Numbered from the stretch's first letter, positions 18,807-28,987 are shown. The stretch is 52,818 nucleotides of DNA from an uncultured Bacilli bacterium (GCA_934096315.1 CAKOLT010000004.1:1-52818), one strand, 5' to 3'. Notes: a model not told the origin generated them from the letters alone. Made by a program: numbers and translations.

Positions 18807-19924
18807 TACAGTAACCTCTCTTTTAATACATATATTATTTCTAATGAACTTAAACTAGAACTTTCTCCATGTAAATAATAATCATGAATAGCTTCTGCAA
18901 TAATCTCATCATAATTTAAACCATCCTCTATCAAATGACTAGCATAACCAGAGATGTTTTTAGCAAAATCCAAAGGTAAAATACTCGTATTATACTTTTT
19001 ATTATAATTATATAGAGAATCCTCTACCAAAGACTTAGAATATGTACCCTCTTTTAATATACTTAATATATTTTGATAACTACTAATATTATCCTTTGTT
19101 ATTAAAGTTACATCCTCTATATTATTTTGCCTTAACAAACTTACAAATGTTATATAGTGACCTAATTCATGGGCTATTAATGATTCATAATTAGCATCAT
19201 TTGGATACCAGTTTTCTTTTAAACCCTTATTTAAAATGTCTTTATTTAAAAAATAATAACTATTTAAAAGTACCTCTGTCTTATTAACTTTGTTATAATA
19301 ATTTATATCCAAGTTACCATTAACAAACGTATTTGTAGGATTAAAATATGCTATATAATTTTCATTACTACCAGCATTTGTTATTGATATATTAGTTAAA
19401 TAACCATAAATACTAGGAAACAATTGATATGTTATATCTATTACTTCCTTTATCTTACCAGCTGTCTCCTCATCAACATCACATAAACTAACACTTGGTA
19501 TGTTATAGTTTTTACTTATTTCTTTTTCAATAATTGATACACTATAGTTTTTTCTACACTGCCAAGATTGCTTTATCATATCTGTCTTTATTAAACCTAT
19601 TGCTTCTTCTTTAGTATTTACTTTTATATTCGAATATTTATTATTAGTATTCATAACAGATATTTTATAACCATATTTTAGGCTATATATTTCCTTTTTT
19701 AAGTAAGCATATGGTCTAAACATATCCTTTCCACTTACTAATGTCATTAAAACGAAACTTATTATAACAGTAGAAGTTAGTGTAAATAATGATCCAATAT
19801 TATTACCTTTATATTTTAATTTATTATTTTTAAATGATAAATAGCCATGTGGAGTTAGCTCTCCACAAACAGGACAAAAGTTATCATCTACTTCTATTTC
19901 TTCATTACACTTTATACATTTCAT
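18806..19924 (-). CDS. Zinc-ribbon, single-TM protein with extracytoplasmic HExxH (HELGH) metalloprotease-like domain
   Basis: N-terminal KCIKCN..CPVCG ribbon, TM helix (LFTLTSTVIISFVLMTLV), motif LIAHELGHYITF. Confidence 0.65.
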   Translation of the reverse strand: MKCIKCNEEIEVDDNFCPVCGELTPHGYLSFKNNKLKYKGNNIGSLFTLTSTVIISFVLMTLVSGKDMFRPYAYLKKEIYSLKYGYKISVMNTNNKYSNIKVNTKEEAIGLIKTDMIKQSWQCRKNYSVSIIEKEISKNYNIPSVSLCDVDEETAGKIKEVIDITYQLFPSIYGYLTNISITNAGSNENYIAYFNPTNTFVNGNLDINYYNKVNKTEVLLNSYYFLNKDILNKGLKENWYPNDANYESLIAHELGHYITFVSLLRQNNIEDVTLITKDNISSYQNILSILKEGTYSKSLVEDSLYNYNKKYNTSILPLDFAKNISGYASHLIEDGLNYDEIIAEAIHDYYLHGESSSLSSLEIIYVLKERLL

Positions 19925-20030
19925 TACATGCTCCTCTTACTTTATTTAATTATATCATATTTTTGTCGTATTTGTTTGTATTTTTTTAATGTTTTTACTT
20001 TTAATGGGAAAATTATATTAGGTGTTAAAT

Positions 20031-20471
20031 ATGAATTTTCAAAAATTAGTTGAAATAAGAGAAGATTTAAATCTTAAACAAAAAGATATAGCAAATATTT
20101 TAAATACTACACAACAACTTTATTCCTTATGGGAAAATGGAGTTAAAATTATTCCACTCAAACATTTAAATACTTTATGTAACTACTATGATTTTAGTAT
20201 GGACTATGTCCTTGGACTCTCTAACATTAAAAAATATAATACTGTTAATAAGTTTATAGATAAAGAATTAATAGGTAAAAGATTAAAAGAATTTAGAAAA
20301 GAAAAGAATATTACGCAAGAAGAACTTGCTAATATTCTTAATACTACACATTCTACAATTAGTGCATATGAAAATGGTAAAACTACCATTCTTACAGCAT
20401 TTGCATACGAAATTTGTAAAAGATATAATATTTCTATAGATTATCTATGCGGTAGAATTAACAAAAACTAG
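20031..20471 (+). CDS. Transcriptional regulator with two tandem XRE-type HTH domains
   Basis: Two copies of the HTH_3 pattern (LKQKDIANILNTTQQLYSLWENG; ITQEELANILNTTHSTISAYENG). Start at ATG 20031 after TAGGTG. Confidence 0.8.
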   Translation: MNFQKLVEIREDLNLKQKDIANILNTTQQLYSLWENGVKIIPLKHLNTLCNYYDFSMDYVLGLSNIKKYNTVNKFIDKELIGKRLKEFRKEKNITQEELANILNTTHSTISAYENGKTTILTAFAYEICKRYNISIDYLCGRINKN

Positions 20472-20522
20472 GCTCTTACCTAGTTTCTTTAGAAAAATAA
20501 TTATTTTAGTCTTAACAAACAT

Positions 20523-21062
20523 TTAAAGATCAACTTTCACATTACCTTTTTTTTCATCTTCTAATTTAAATAGATTTTTTCTTTCAAAGGCAAATATTTT
20601 AGCAACTATATTTGAAGGCACAGACTCAACTGAATTATTGTATAAAGTTACAGCATCATTATAACTTGTCCTAGCAGAACTTAATTTATTTTCTATCTCA
20701 TTTAAATTATTCTGTAAACTTAAAAACTGACCATTAGCCTTTAAATCAGGATAAGCTTCTGCAAGCATCATTATATTATTAAACTTTTTATCAATTTTTT
20801 CTGTTTCTTCAACACTAAATTCATGATTTCTATAATCAGATCTTAAACATGTAAGTTCTTCTAATGTACTAGATTCATGTTTAGCATAACCTTTAACGCA
20901 TTCAACTATATTAGGAATTAGATCAAACCTTTGGTTAAGTAAAACATCAATATGCGATGCCCTTTCCTTAACTTTATTGTTCTTCCTTACAAAATTGTTA
21001 TAGCACGCCAATATCATTCCTGATATAACGACTACAATTAATAATAATATATTTATTAACAT
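20523..21062 (-). CDS. lemA: LemA family membrane protein
   Basis: N-terminal TM, then YNNFVRKNNKVKERASHIDVLLNQRFDLIPNIVECVKGYAKHE, the canonical LemA signature. Start at ATG 21062 after GGTGAAGGAA. Confidence 0.85.
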   Translation of the reverse strand: MLINILLLIVVVISGMILACYNNFVRKNNKVKERASHIDVLLNQRFDLIPNIVECVKGYAKHESSTLEELTCLRSDYRNHEFSVEETEKIDKKFNNIMMLAEAYPDLKANGQFLSLQNNLNEIENKLSSARTSYNDAVTLYNNSVESVPSNIVAKIFAFERKNLFKLEDEKKGNVKVDL

Positions 21063-21071
21063 TTCCTTCAC

Positions 21072-21845
21072 CTACCTTGTCTCAATAGTTATTTTATTTA
21101 CATAACCATCACTATCATAATCAATTGATATTTCATATTTTTGAAATCCAGAACCAGTATAATTGTCATTTAAACTATTTTTAATTTCTTTTATTTTGTC
21201 TGAATCAGTACCATATGATACTCCATCAAAAATTACTTCAATTAAATGTCCATTATTTTGTTTATTATTTTTTATAATTTTATCAACTTCCCATCCAGTA
21301 GCAGTCCCACTTTGTGTTCCTTGATATGTTTCAAAAGAAAAATTAAAACTACTTTTTTTACTTTCTTGTTCTATCATCTCCATTTCCTGTCTCATCTCTT
21401 CTTGTTTCTTTAAAATTTCTTCTTGTTTTCTTTTCGCTTCATCATTTGTTTTATTTATTTCTTCCATTATTGCATCTTTCTTCTCTTTTAAATCACATCC
21501 TACTCTATATACCAAAGTAGATAAAGACGATGCAAAAATAATTATTAATAAATAAAGAATAATTTTTCTATCTCCGCCATCCTTATTTGCATCACTTTTC
21601 TTATTATCATTTTTTTCCTTTTTTTCATTTTCATTTCCCTGTAAAGATATTTCATCATTAGTAAGTTCATTAATATCAATCTCAAATAACTCACTTAATG
21701 CTCTTAATTTATCAATATCAGGTTTCGTTTGTCCAAGTTCCCACTTTGAAACAGTTTGCCTTGTAACATCAAGTTTTTCCGCTAATTGTTCTTGCGATAA
21801 CATCGCTTTTTTTCTAAGTATTATTAGTTTTTCATCAAACTTCAT
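21072..21845 (-). CDS. Membrane-tethered XRE-family HTH protein (HTH - linker - TM - coiled coil - extracytoplasmic domain; RodZ-like topology)
   Basis: N-terminal LSQEQLAEKLDVTRQTVSKWELGQTKP motif, K/D/E-rich linker, TM helix ILYLLIIIFASSLSTLVY, coiled coil and ~90-aa C-terminal domain. Its stop lies 9 nt before the LemA start. Confidence 0.7.
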   Translation of the reverse strand: MKFDEKLIILRKKAMLSQEQLAEKLDVTRQTVSKWELGQTKPDIDKLRALSELFEIDINELTNDEISLQGNENEKKEKNDNKKSDANKDGGDRKIILYLLIIIFASSLSTLVYRVGCDLKEKKDAIMEEINKTNDEAKRKQEEILKKQEEMRQEMEMIEQESKKSSFNFSFETYQGTQSGTATGWEVDKIIKNNKQNNGHLIEVIFDGVSYGTDSDKIKEIKNSLNDNYTGSGFQKYEISIDYDSDGYVNKITIETR

Positions 21846-22154
21846 ATAAACTCCTTCTCCTTTTTAAATTTTGATTATAATTTACCATTTTACCACATAA
21901 AAGTCAAACAACTTATGTTGGAATTTTGTAAACAATACTTAACATTTAATGTAACCTTCTGCTTCCATTATAAGTAACATACACTTCAGTAAATAAAATA
22001 CTGTATTATATCTTAAACTAATTTTATCATATTGCATTATTTTTTACAACAAAATCAATTTTTTTATATCACTTTACACAATAACTAAAAACTTGTAAAT
22101 AAAAAAAATGAATCTAAAAATCCATTTCTTCATACTTACTAATTCTTATACAAA

Positions 22155-22688
22155 CTAAAAATAGTTAACAATCCCAAGTAATATAAGCAAACTACCCCCA
22201 AAAATAGTAGAATACCTTCCAAATTTATAATTCAAATAATCACCAATATAGAGTCCTAATAAAGTAAAAAGAAAACTAGATATTGAAAAAACAATCGGAG
22301 AAACAAATAATCCTAACCCAAAACCACTAATACCAAATCCAACTGTTAAACTATCAATACTAACAGATAATCCAAAAAGAAAGAAAGAAACAAAAGAAAT
22401 AACAAACTTATCTTTAACATCCCTATTATCAGAAAAAATCATAGAGAATCCTATTATACAAAATATAACTAAAGTAATAAGTTCCATAGACTGAGAAATA
22501 GAATCACTAACAATTCCTCCAATAAAAAAACCTAACAAAGGCATAAAAAAATGAAAAAGACCAACAACCACCGCAAGTAATAATTTATCTTTATTACAAA
22601 TACCAATAGTACCATACATTAATGATAAAGAAAATGCATCCATACTTAGGCTAATACCTATTAAAACTATTAAAAAAAAAGTATTCAT
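22155..22688 (-). CDS. mntP: Manganese efflux pump MntP (DUF204 repeats)
   Basis: 177 aa, six TM helices, duplicated SMDAFSLSL / SIDSLTVGF motifs. Confidence 0.85.
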   Translation of the reverse strand: MNTFFLIVLIGISLSMDAFSLSLMYGTIGICNKDKLLLAVVVGLFHFFMPLLGFFIGGIVSDSISQSMELITLVIFCIIGFSMIFSDNRDVKDKFVISFVSFFLFGLSVSIDSLTVGFGISGFGLGLFVSPIVFSISSFLFTLLGLYIGDYLNYKFGRYSTIFGGSLLILLGIVNYF

Positions 22689-22712
22689 AAACTCACCTAC
22701 TACATGATATGT

Positions 22713-23255
22713 TTAAAAATACTTATCAATAACATCTTTCAAAAAAAACTTATAATCATTCTTTTTATTATCATTTACTTCAAGCATACAAAAGCTTGGA
22801 AATAACACACACCAAAAATTATCACCTTTAGCTTCTCCAATAGAAACAACCAAAGACTCATACTCCCCAGCCTTATACTTAACACCATCAAATTCTTTTT
22901 CAGGAAAATAATTATAACCAAACTTGACATCATAATTCATATTATAATTATTCTCTATAAAAATATTATTAATATTTTCATTAATATTATCTAAATTAGA
23001 AGAAATAATACTTCTAGCAGTATCAACATCATTTACTTCCTCAAAAAGACTAAAAAGATTATTTTCAAGATAATTTTTAACTTTCTGTTTCATCAGAATA
23101 TCTTCATAAACATTACTATTAGGAATAACCCTAAGTCTAATTGCACTATCAGGAATAATCACTGAACTAGCGTTAACATTTTCATAAACAAGAAAAACAG
23201 TAACTATCATAACCAAAATAAAAATTAATCTTCTCAAAAAAATCACCCTTTCCAT
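22713..23255 (-). CDS. spoIIR: Stage II sporulation protein R (forespore signal for pro-sigma-E processing)
   Basis: Signal anchor, IRLRVIPNSN..EDILMKQKVKN and FWCVLFPSFC motifs typical of SpoIIR. Confidence 0.85.
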   Translation of the reverse strand: MERVIFLRRLIFILVMIVTVFLVYENVNASSVIIPDSAIRLRVIPNSNVYEDILMKQKVKNYLENNLFSLFEEVNDVDTARSIISSNLDNINENINNIFIENNYNMNYDVKFGYNYFPEKEFDGVKYKAGEYESLVVSIGEAKGDNFWCVLFPSFCMLEVNDNKKNDYKFFLKDVIDKYF

Positions 23256-23285
23256 ACATTACATAATGGGTGATTAATCATATTT

Positions 23286-24020
23286 TTATACAGATTTATT
23301 ATAAATAAAAACAAATCTATCTTTACCACTATAATCTTTTAGTAAAGAAACATCACAATTTAAATATTTTTTAGCAAGTAAAACTACACTCTCACCTTGC
23401 TCATATCCAATCTCAAAAGCAATTAAATAATTATCATTTAAATTTTTCGCACAAGAAGATAATATTTTATCATAAAACACAAGACCATCTTCCCCTCCAT
23501 AAAGTGCTAAAGCAGGCTCATTATTCTTAACTATATCCATAATAGGCTCATTATTTCTAATATATGGAGGGTTACTTATAATAACATCAAATTTCAAATC
23601 AATATTATCAAGCATATCATTACATATAAAATTAATCTCGGCATTATTCAAAGAGGCATTCTTTTTAGCAACATTAATTGCATCCAAAGAAATATCAATA
23701 CCCACTACCAAAGAATTAACCTCTTTTTTAAGTACTACTGCAATATTGCCACTACCAGTACCCAAATCCACAATACTAACCTGTTTATCTCCAAATTTAT
23801 CTTTTATAAACTTAATAGTATACCAAACTAATAATTCCGTTTCAAATCTAGGAATAAGTACATTATTATTAACATTAAATATATAACCATAAAAATCTGT
23901 ATTGCCTACAATATATTGAGGAGGCTCTCCCTTTTTAAGCCTTTCAAGACCTTGTTTTAAATCATCACCATTTAAATATTTTTCTAAATATTTAACATAT
24001 TCATTATCCAACCTACTCAC
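23286..24020 (-). CDS. prmC: Release-factor glutamine N5-methyltransferase
   Basis: Motifs PPQYIVGNTDFYG, VDLGTGSGNIA and catalytic NPPY. Overlaps prfA by 8 nt. Confidence 0.88.
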   Translation of the reverse strand: MSRLDNEYVKYLEKYLNGDDLKQGLERLKKGEPPQYIVGNTDFYGYIFNVNNNVLIPRFETELLVWYTIKFIKDKFGDKQVSIVDLGTGSGNIAVVLKKEVNSLVVGIDISLDAINVAKKNASLNNAEINFICNDMLDNIDLKFDVIISNPPYIRNNEPIMDIVKNNEPALALYGGEDGLVFYDKILSSCAKNLNDNYLIAFEIGYEQGESVVLLAKKYLNCDVSLLKDYSGKDRFVFIYNKSV

Positions 24021-25077
24021 TCTTACTCTCTAATAATCTTTTCTGATTTTCATTAATAAGCTCATCAATAATAATACCAAGTTCCCCATCCATAATTCTA
24101 TCTAAATTCATTGAAGTAAACCCAATTCTATGATCCGTAACCCTATTTTGTGGATAATTATATGTTCTTATCTTCTCACTTCTATCTCCAGTTCCAATTT
24201 TATTACGCCTTTCTGCCCCTTCTTCCGCTTCCTTTTCTCTAAGTTTCAAATCATATAATCTCGTTTTAAGAATTTTAAAAGCCTTCTCCTTATTCTTTAT
24301 TTGACTTCTCTCTGTTTGTGAATAAACAATTATACCTGTTGGTATATGAGTAAGCCTAACTGCACTATCAGTAGTATTTACTCCTTGACCACCACAACCA
24401 CTACTACGAGTAATATCAATTCTAACATCATTCTCATCAAGTTCATAATCAAACTCTTCCGCTTCAGGCATAACGAGAACAGTAGCTGTTGAAGTATGGA
24501 CTCTTCCCTGACTTTCAGTAGCAGGCACCCTTTGTACTCTATGAGAACCACTTTCGTACTTAAGCTTAGAATAAACACTATCTCCCTTAATCATAAACTC
24601 CAAATTAGAAAAACCACCTGCCGTACCATCTGTACTATTTAAAACATCAATGCTCCAGCCCTCATTATTTGCATATTTACTATACATATCAAATAAATTA
24701 CCTGCAAAAATATTAGCTTCATCTCCTCCAGCAGCCCCACGAATTTCTACAATAACATTTTTTTCATCATTAGGATCATGTGGAAGAAGCATAATTTCAA
24801 GATTACTACTAATATCACTTAATTCCCCTTGTAATTTACCCAACTCTTCTTTAGCAAAACTAGCCATCTCTTCATCATGAAGCATTTCCTTACAACTATC
24901 AATATCTTCCTTTACACTTTTATACTTATTATATACTAAAACTATTTTTTCAAGTCTAGACTGTTCCTTAGACAATTCCGTCATTTTCTTAATATTAGAA
25001 AGTGTTGAAGGATCCGAAAGTTCTAAAGTAATTTCATCATATCTCTTAACAATTGTATTTAATCTGTCTATCATCAA
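24013..25077 (-). CDS. prfA: Peptide chain release factor 1
   Basis: 354 aa. RF1 codon-recognition tripeptide PAT (RVPATESQGR) and GGQ motif (SSGCGGQGVNTTDSAVR). Confidence 0.93.
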   Translation of the reverse strand: MMIDRLNTIVKRYDEITLELSDPSTLSNIKKMTELSKEQSRLEKIVLVYNKYKSVKEDIDSCKEMLHDEEMASFAKEELGKLQGELSDISSNLEIMLLPHDPNDEKNVIVEIRGAAGGDEANIFAGNLFDMYSKYANNEGWSIDVLNSTDGTAGGFSNLEFMIKGDSVYSKLKYESGSHRVQRVPATESQGRVHTSTATVLVMPEAEEFDYELDENDVRIDITRSSGCGGQGVNTTDSAVRLTHIPTGIIVYSQTERSQIKNKEKAFKILKTRLYDLKLREKEAEEGAERRNKIGTGDRSEKIRTYNYPQNRVTDHRIGFTSMNLDRIMDGELGIIIDELINENQKRLLESKSE

Positions 25078-25167
25078 ATCATCCCTCTCATTAATTAGTA
25101 ATATTATATCATACTTTTTAACTTTTTCAAAAAATATATGCTATAATAAATAAAAAGAGGCTAAAAT

Positions 25168-26343
25168 ATGAAAAAAAGAATAATTTTACACGTCGATGTA
25201 AACAACGCATTTTTATCATGGACTGGAATAGAATTATTAAAAAACGGATATAAAAAAGATATAAGAAAAAGATGTGCAATAATTGCAGGAGACGAAAATC
25301 AAAGAAGAGGAATCGTCTTAGCTAAAAGTACACCCTGCAAGAAATATAATGTAATAACTGGCGAACCAATAAAATCTGCAAGAAAAAAATGTCCATATTT
25401 AGAAATTTACAGTCCAAATTATTCAGTATACAAAAAATACTCAAATAAAATGTACGAATATTTACTTACCTACTCAGACAAAGTAGAAAGATATTCCATA
25501 GATGAATGCTTTATTGATTATACAGAAAGTATTCTTCTATTTGGTAATCCCGTTACGACAGCATATAAAATTAAAGAAGAAATTAAAAATAAATTTGGAT
25601 TCACTGTAAATGTTGGTATTGGAACAAATAAATTAACTGCAAAAATGGCATCAGACTTTGAAAAACCAGATAAAGTACATACATTATTTGAAAACGAAAT
25701 CGAAACAAAAATGTGGCCTCTTCCAGTATCAGACCTTTTTATGATAGGAAAACAAACTGCAAAAAAACTTGAAGAAAAAAACATAAAAACAATATATGAA
25801 TTAGCCCACATAAACAAAGAATTTTTAGTAAAAGAATTTAAAAAAACCGCCCTCCTTATGTGGAACTATGCAAATGGTATAGATACATCCCCAGTAGAAA
25901 GTATACATAAAGAAGCAAAAAGTATATCTTCTTCAACAGTTTTACCATATAACTATGGCAACATAAAAGAAATAAATCAAGTACTTTATCAATTAACTAC
26001 AGAAGTCGGAATAAAACTACGAGACAAAAACAAATACGCTACTGTCGTCTCCATTTGGATTAAATACCCAAACTTTAACAAAGTTAGTAAACAAGTAAAA
26101 CTAAATACTCCTATTAACACAGATAAAGACATATACGAACATGCTAAAGAATTATTTCTAAAGTCATGGAATAATGAAAACATAAGAGCAATTTGTGTAT
26201 CTGTAGGTAACCTAGTTAACAATAAAAAAATACAACTAACTATATTTAAACAAAACGAAAAAAAAGAAAAAAACATCCAAGAAACAATAGACAAAATTAA
26301 CAAGAAATATGGAAAAAACACAATAACTTATGCAAAAAAATAA
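25168..26343 (+). CDS. dinB: Y-family DNA polymerase (DinB/Pol IV-like)
   Basis: Motifs ILHVDVNNAF, SIDECFIDYT, GIGTNKLTAKMASD and PVSDLFMIGKQTAKKL. Confidence 0.85.
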   Translation: MKKRIILHVDVNNAFLSWTGIELLKNGYKKDIRKRCAIIAGDENQRRGIVLAKSTPCKKYNVITGEPIKSARKKCPYLEIYSPNYSVYKKYSNKMYEYLLTYSDKVERYSIDECFIDYTESILLFGNPVTTAYKIKEEIKNKFGFTVNVGIGTNKLTAKMASDFEKPDKVHTLFENEIETKMWPLPVSDLFMIGKQTAKKLEEKNIKTIYELAHINKEFLVKEFKKTALLMWNYANGIDTSPVESIHKEAKSISSSTVLPYNYGNIKEINQVLYQLTTEVGIKLRDKNKYATVVSIWIKYPNFNKVSKQVKLNTPINTDKDIYEHAKELFLKSWNNENIRAICVSVGNLVNNKKIQLTIFKQNEKKEKNIQETIDKINKKYGKNTITYAKK

Positions 26344-26383
26344 AAAATATTATGATATAATAAGTAAGAAAGAAGGCAAAAAA

Positions 26384-28546
26384 ATGAATGAGAAAATAAT
26401 AAATGAATTAGCAGAAACAACAGGCATTAAAATATCAAGCATTAAAAACACATTAAAACTATTAGAAGAAGACAACACAATACCGTTTATTGCCCGTTAT
26501 AGAAAAGAAAAAACTGGAAATTTAAATGAGGAACAAATAAGATTAATAAGTGAAAAATACGAATATGAATTATCACTTCAAAAAAGAAAAGAAGATGTAA
26601 TAAGATTAATTGAAGAAAAAGAAATGTTAACTGAAGAATTAAAAAATAGCATTTTATCATGTAAAAAATTAGTAGAAGTAGAAGATTTATATAGACCATA
26701 TAAAGAAAAAAAGAAAACAAAAGGTAGTATAGCAATCAAATACGGGTTAGAACCATTAGCTAAAATAATAATGAGTTTTAACCCTAACATACAAATACAA
26801 AAAATTGCAGAAAAATATTTAAATGATGAAGTAAAAACGCCTGATGACGCCATTACCGGAGCAAAATACATAATTTCTGAATGGATAAGTGACAATGCAT
26901 ATTATCGAAAATGGATAAGAAATTACATACAAAATAAAGGATACATAGAAACTAAAATCAAAAAAAATTCAAACGACGAAAAGAAAATCTATGAAATGTA
27001 CTATGATTTTAAAGAACAAGTCAAATATATAAAACCTCATAGAATATTAGCTATAAATCGTGGAGAAAAAGAAAACATACTATCAGTTAATATCGAAATA
27101 GATAAAGAACCAATTAAAAACTTTTTAGAAAGTAAAATTATTAAAAACTCTCTTTCAGAATCAAGTAGTTATGTAAAAGAAGCAATCGAAGATAGTCTAA
27201 AAAGACTAATACTACCCAGTATAGAAAGAGAAATAAGAACAGAACTAACAAAAGTTGGAGAAGATAGTGCCATCACTAACTTTTCTAAGAACTTAGAAAA
27301 ACTTTTATTAACTCCTCCGATAAAAGATAAAACGGTACTAGGCTTTGATCCAGCATTCAGAACAGGATGTAAACTTGCAGTTCTAGATAAAACAGGAAAA
27401 AAACTTGAAGTAGATGTAATATATCCACATGAACCACACAACAAATATGAAGAATCTAAAAAAACTCTATTAAATTTAATTAACAAATATAATATAGATA
27501 TAATAGCAATTGGAAATGGCACCGCATCTCGCGAATCCGAAAAATTTGTATCAAAAGTAATTAACGAAGAAAAATTAAAAGTAGAATATATAATTGTATC
27601 AGAAGCTGGAGCCAGTGTATATTCTGCAAGTAAATTAGCTATAGAAGAATTTCCTGATTTAACTGTAGAAAAAAGAAGTGCTATATCAATTGGTAGAAGA
27701 TTACAAGATCCATTAGCAGAACTGGTAAAAATAACTCCCGAAAGTATCGGTGTAGGACAATATCAACACGATGTATCACAAAAAAAATTAAGTGAATCAC
27801 TTGACTTTATTGTATCAAAAACTGTAAATAACGTCGGAGTAAATATTAATACAGCATCTCCATCACTGTTAAAATACATCTCAGGTATCACAAAAAGAAA
27901 CATTGATAAATTAATTGAATACAGAAATAAAGTAGGAAAAATTAATTCAAGAAAAGAATTAGAAGAACAAAAAATACTAACAGATAAAACATATAAACAA
28001 GCAATAGGATTCCTAAGAATAAATGACGGAATAAATGTATTAGATGAAACAGCAGTACATCCCGAAAGTTACAACATTGCACTAGAATTATTAGACAGTT
28101 TAAACTTAACAATAAAAGATATAGGAAACGAAAAACTAATTAATGCGTTAAATCATATTGACTTAGAAAAATATAAAGACATATTAAATACAGATATTTA
28201 TACTTTAAAAGACATAGTAGAAGCATTACAAAAACCAAACAGAGATCCAAGAGATGATATGCCAAAACCAATATTAAAAAGTAATATTCTAGATATTAAA
28301 GATCTTACCGTAGGTATGAAATTACAAGGTACTGTAAGAAATGTAATAGATTTTGGAGTCTTCGTAGATATAGGATTACATGAAAACGGATTAATACATA
28401 TAACAAAATTATCTAATAAATATATTAAACACCCAAGTGAAATACTAAATGTCGGAGATATCATAGATTGCTATGTACTTGAAATTAATGAGGATAAAAG
28501 AAAGGTAAGTTTGTCTTTAATTGAACCAAACTTGATTAAAAGTTAA
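26384..28546 (+). CDS. tex: Tex-like transcription accessory protein (YqgF/HhH/S1 domains)
   Basis: Motif IPFIARYRKEKTGNL, RuvC-like GFDPAFRTGCKLAVLD, C-terminal S1 domain GMKLQGTVRNVIDFGVFVDIG. Start at ATG 26384 (MNEKII) after AGAAGGCAAAAAA. Confidence 0.9.
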   Translation: MNEKIINELAETTGIKISSIKNTLKLLEEDNTIPFIARYRKEKTGNLNEEQIRLISEKYEYELSLQKRKEDVIRLIEEKEMLTEELKNSILSCKKLVEVEDLYRPYKEKKKTKGSIAIKYGLEPLAKIIMSFNPNIQIQKIAEKYLNDEVKTPDDAITGAKYIISEWISDNAYYRKWIRNYIQNKGYIETKIKKNSNDEKKIYEMYYDFKEQVKYIKPHRILAINRGEKENILSVNIEIDKEPIKNFLESKIIKNSLSESSSYVKEAIEDSLKRLILPSIEREIRTELTKVGEDSAITNFSKNLEKLLLTPPIKDKTVLGFDPAFRTGCKLAVLDKTGKKLEVDVIYPHEPHNKYEESKKTLLNLINKYNIDIIAIGNGTASRESEKFVSKVINEEKLKVEYIIVSEAGASVYSASKLAIEEFPDLTVEKRSAISIGRRLQDPLAELVKITPESIGVGQYQHDVSQKKLSESLDFIVSKTVNNVGVNINTASPSLLKYISGITKRNIDKLIEYRNKVGKINSRKELEEQKILTDKTYKQAIGFLRINDGINVLDETAVHPESYNIALELLDSLNLTIKDIGNEKLINALNHIDLEKYKDILNTDIYTLKDIVEALQKPNRDPRDDMPKPILKSNILDIKDLTVGMKLQGTVRNVIDFGVFVDIGLHENGLIHITKLSNKYIKHPSEILNVGDIIDCYVLEINEDKRKVSLSLIEPNLIKS

Positions 28547-28574
28547 AATTAATTGAAAAAAATCAAAAAAACTA

Positions 28575-28603
28575 TTGACAAAGTAAGCATTTTAAGATAA
28601 AAT
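28575..28603 (+). promoter_or_regulatory. Consensus-like sigma-A promoter of tRNA-Gly
   Basis: TTGACA (28575-28580), 17-nt spacer, TAAAAT (28598-28603), ~18 nt before the tRNA. Confidence 0.65.
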
Positions 28604-28621
28604 TTAAATTGCCTACTTGAT

Positions 28622-28695
28622 GCGGATGTAGTTTAATGGTAGAACTTCAGCCTTCCAAGCTGACCACGGGAGTTCGATTCTCCTCATCCGCTCCA
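28622..28695 (+). tRNA. tRNA-Gly (anticodon UCC), CCA encoded
   Basis: GCGGATGTAGTTTAATGGTAGAACTTCAGCCTTCCAAGCTGACCACGGGAGTTCGATTCTCCTCATCCGCTCCA folds as a cloverleaf. Anticodon loop is CTTCCAA. Confidence 0.93.
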
Positions 28696-28704
28696 ATTGA
28701 AATT

Positions 28705-28729
28705 AAACCCCCATTTTACGGGGGTTTTT
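28705..28729 (+). terminator. Rho-independent terminator after tRNA-Gly
   Basis: AAACCCCC-ATTTTAC-GGGGGTTT hairpin followed by TTTTT. Confidence 0.75.
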
Positions 28730-28744
28730 AAAATAAAAAATACG

Positions 28745-28765
28745 TTTAGGTACATTTTAGGTACA
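28745..28765. repeat. Tandem direct repeat TTTAGGTACA x2 at the chromosome/prophage junction region
   Basis: Exact 10-mers at 28745-28754 and 28756-28765, separated by 1 nt. Confidence 0.7.
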
Positions 28766-28770
28766 GATTT

Positions 28771-28816
28771 TCAAAAAAATAAAAAGAACAGAGCAAGTAT
28801 TTGGTTACTTGTTCTT
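28771..28816 (-). terminator. Minus-strand terminator (bulged hairpin + long T-run)
   Basis: AAGAACA..CAAGTA / TACTTGTTCTT stem (28784-28816), followed on the minus strand by TTTTTATTTTTTT. Confidence 0.45.
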
Positions 28817-28987
28817 TAATTCATTATACATCTTTTTAGTTCCACCATATTGTAATAGGGACTAATTTAAAAATATAAAAAGTCCACTTCTAACAAAAAA
28901 AATCCAACTACAAGTGGACAATTAAGTAATCAAATGAGAAAAAATATGCAATTTCAGGAGAAAATATCTCCTAAAAAAAGTAAAAAA

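Noticed and set aside
22689-23285. Expected a yybP-ykoY Mn2+ riboswitch upstream of mntP.
   Set aside because: Only 24 nt separate mntP from spoIIR, and 30 nt separate spoIIR from prmC, so there is no room for the ~100-nt riboswitch. mntP appears co-transcribed with spoIIR.
25078-25167. LexA/SOS box (CGAAC-N4-GTTCG) upstream of dinB.
   Set aside because: No such motif is present. Only a plausible sigma-A promoter (TTAACT-18-TATAAT) is visible.
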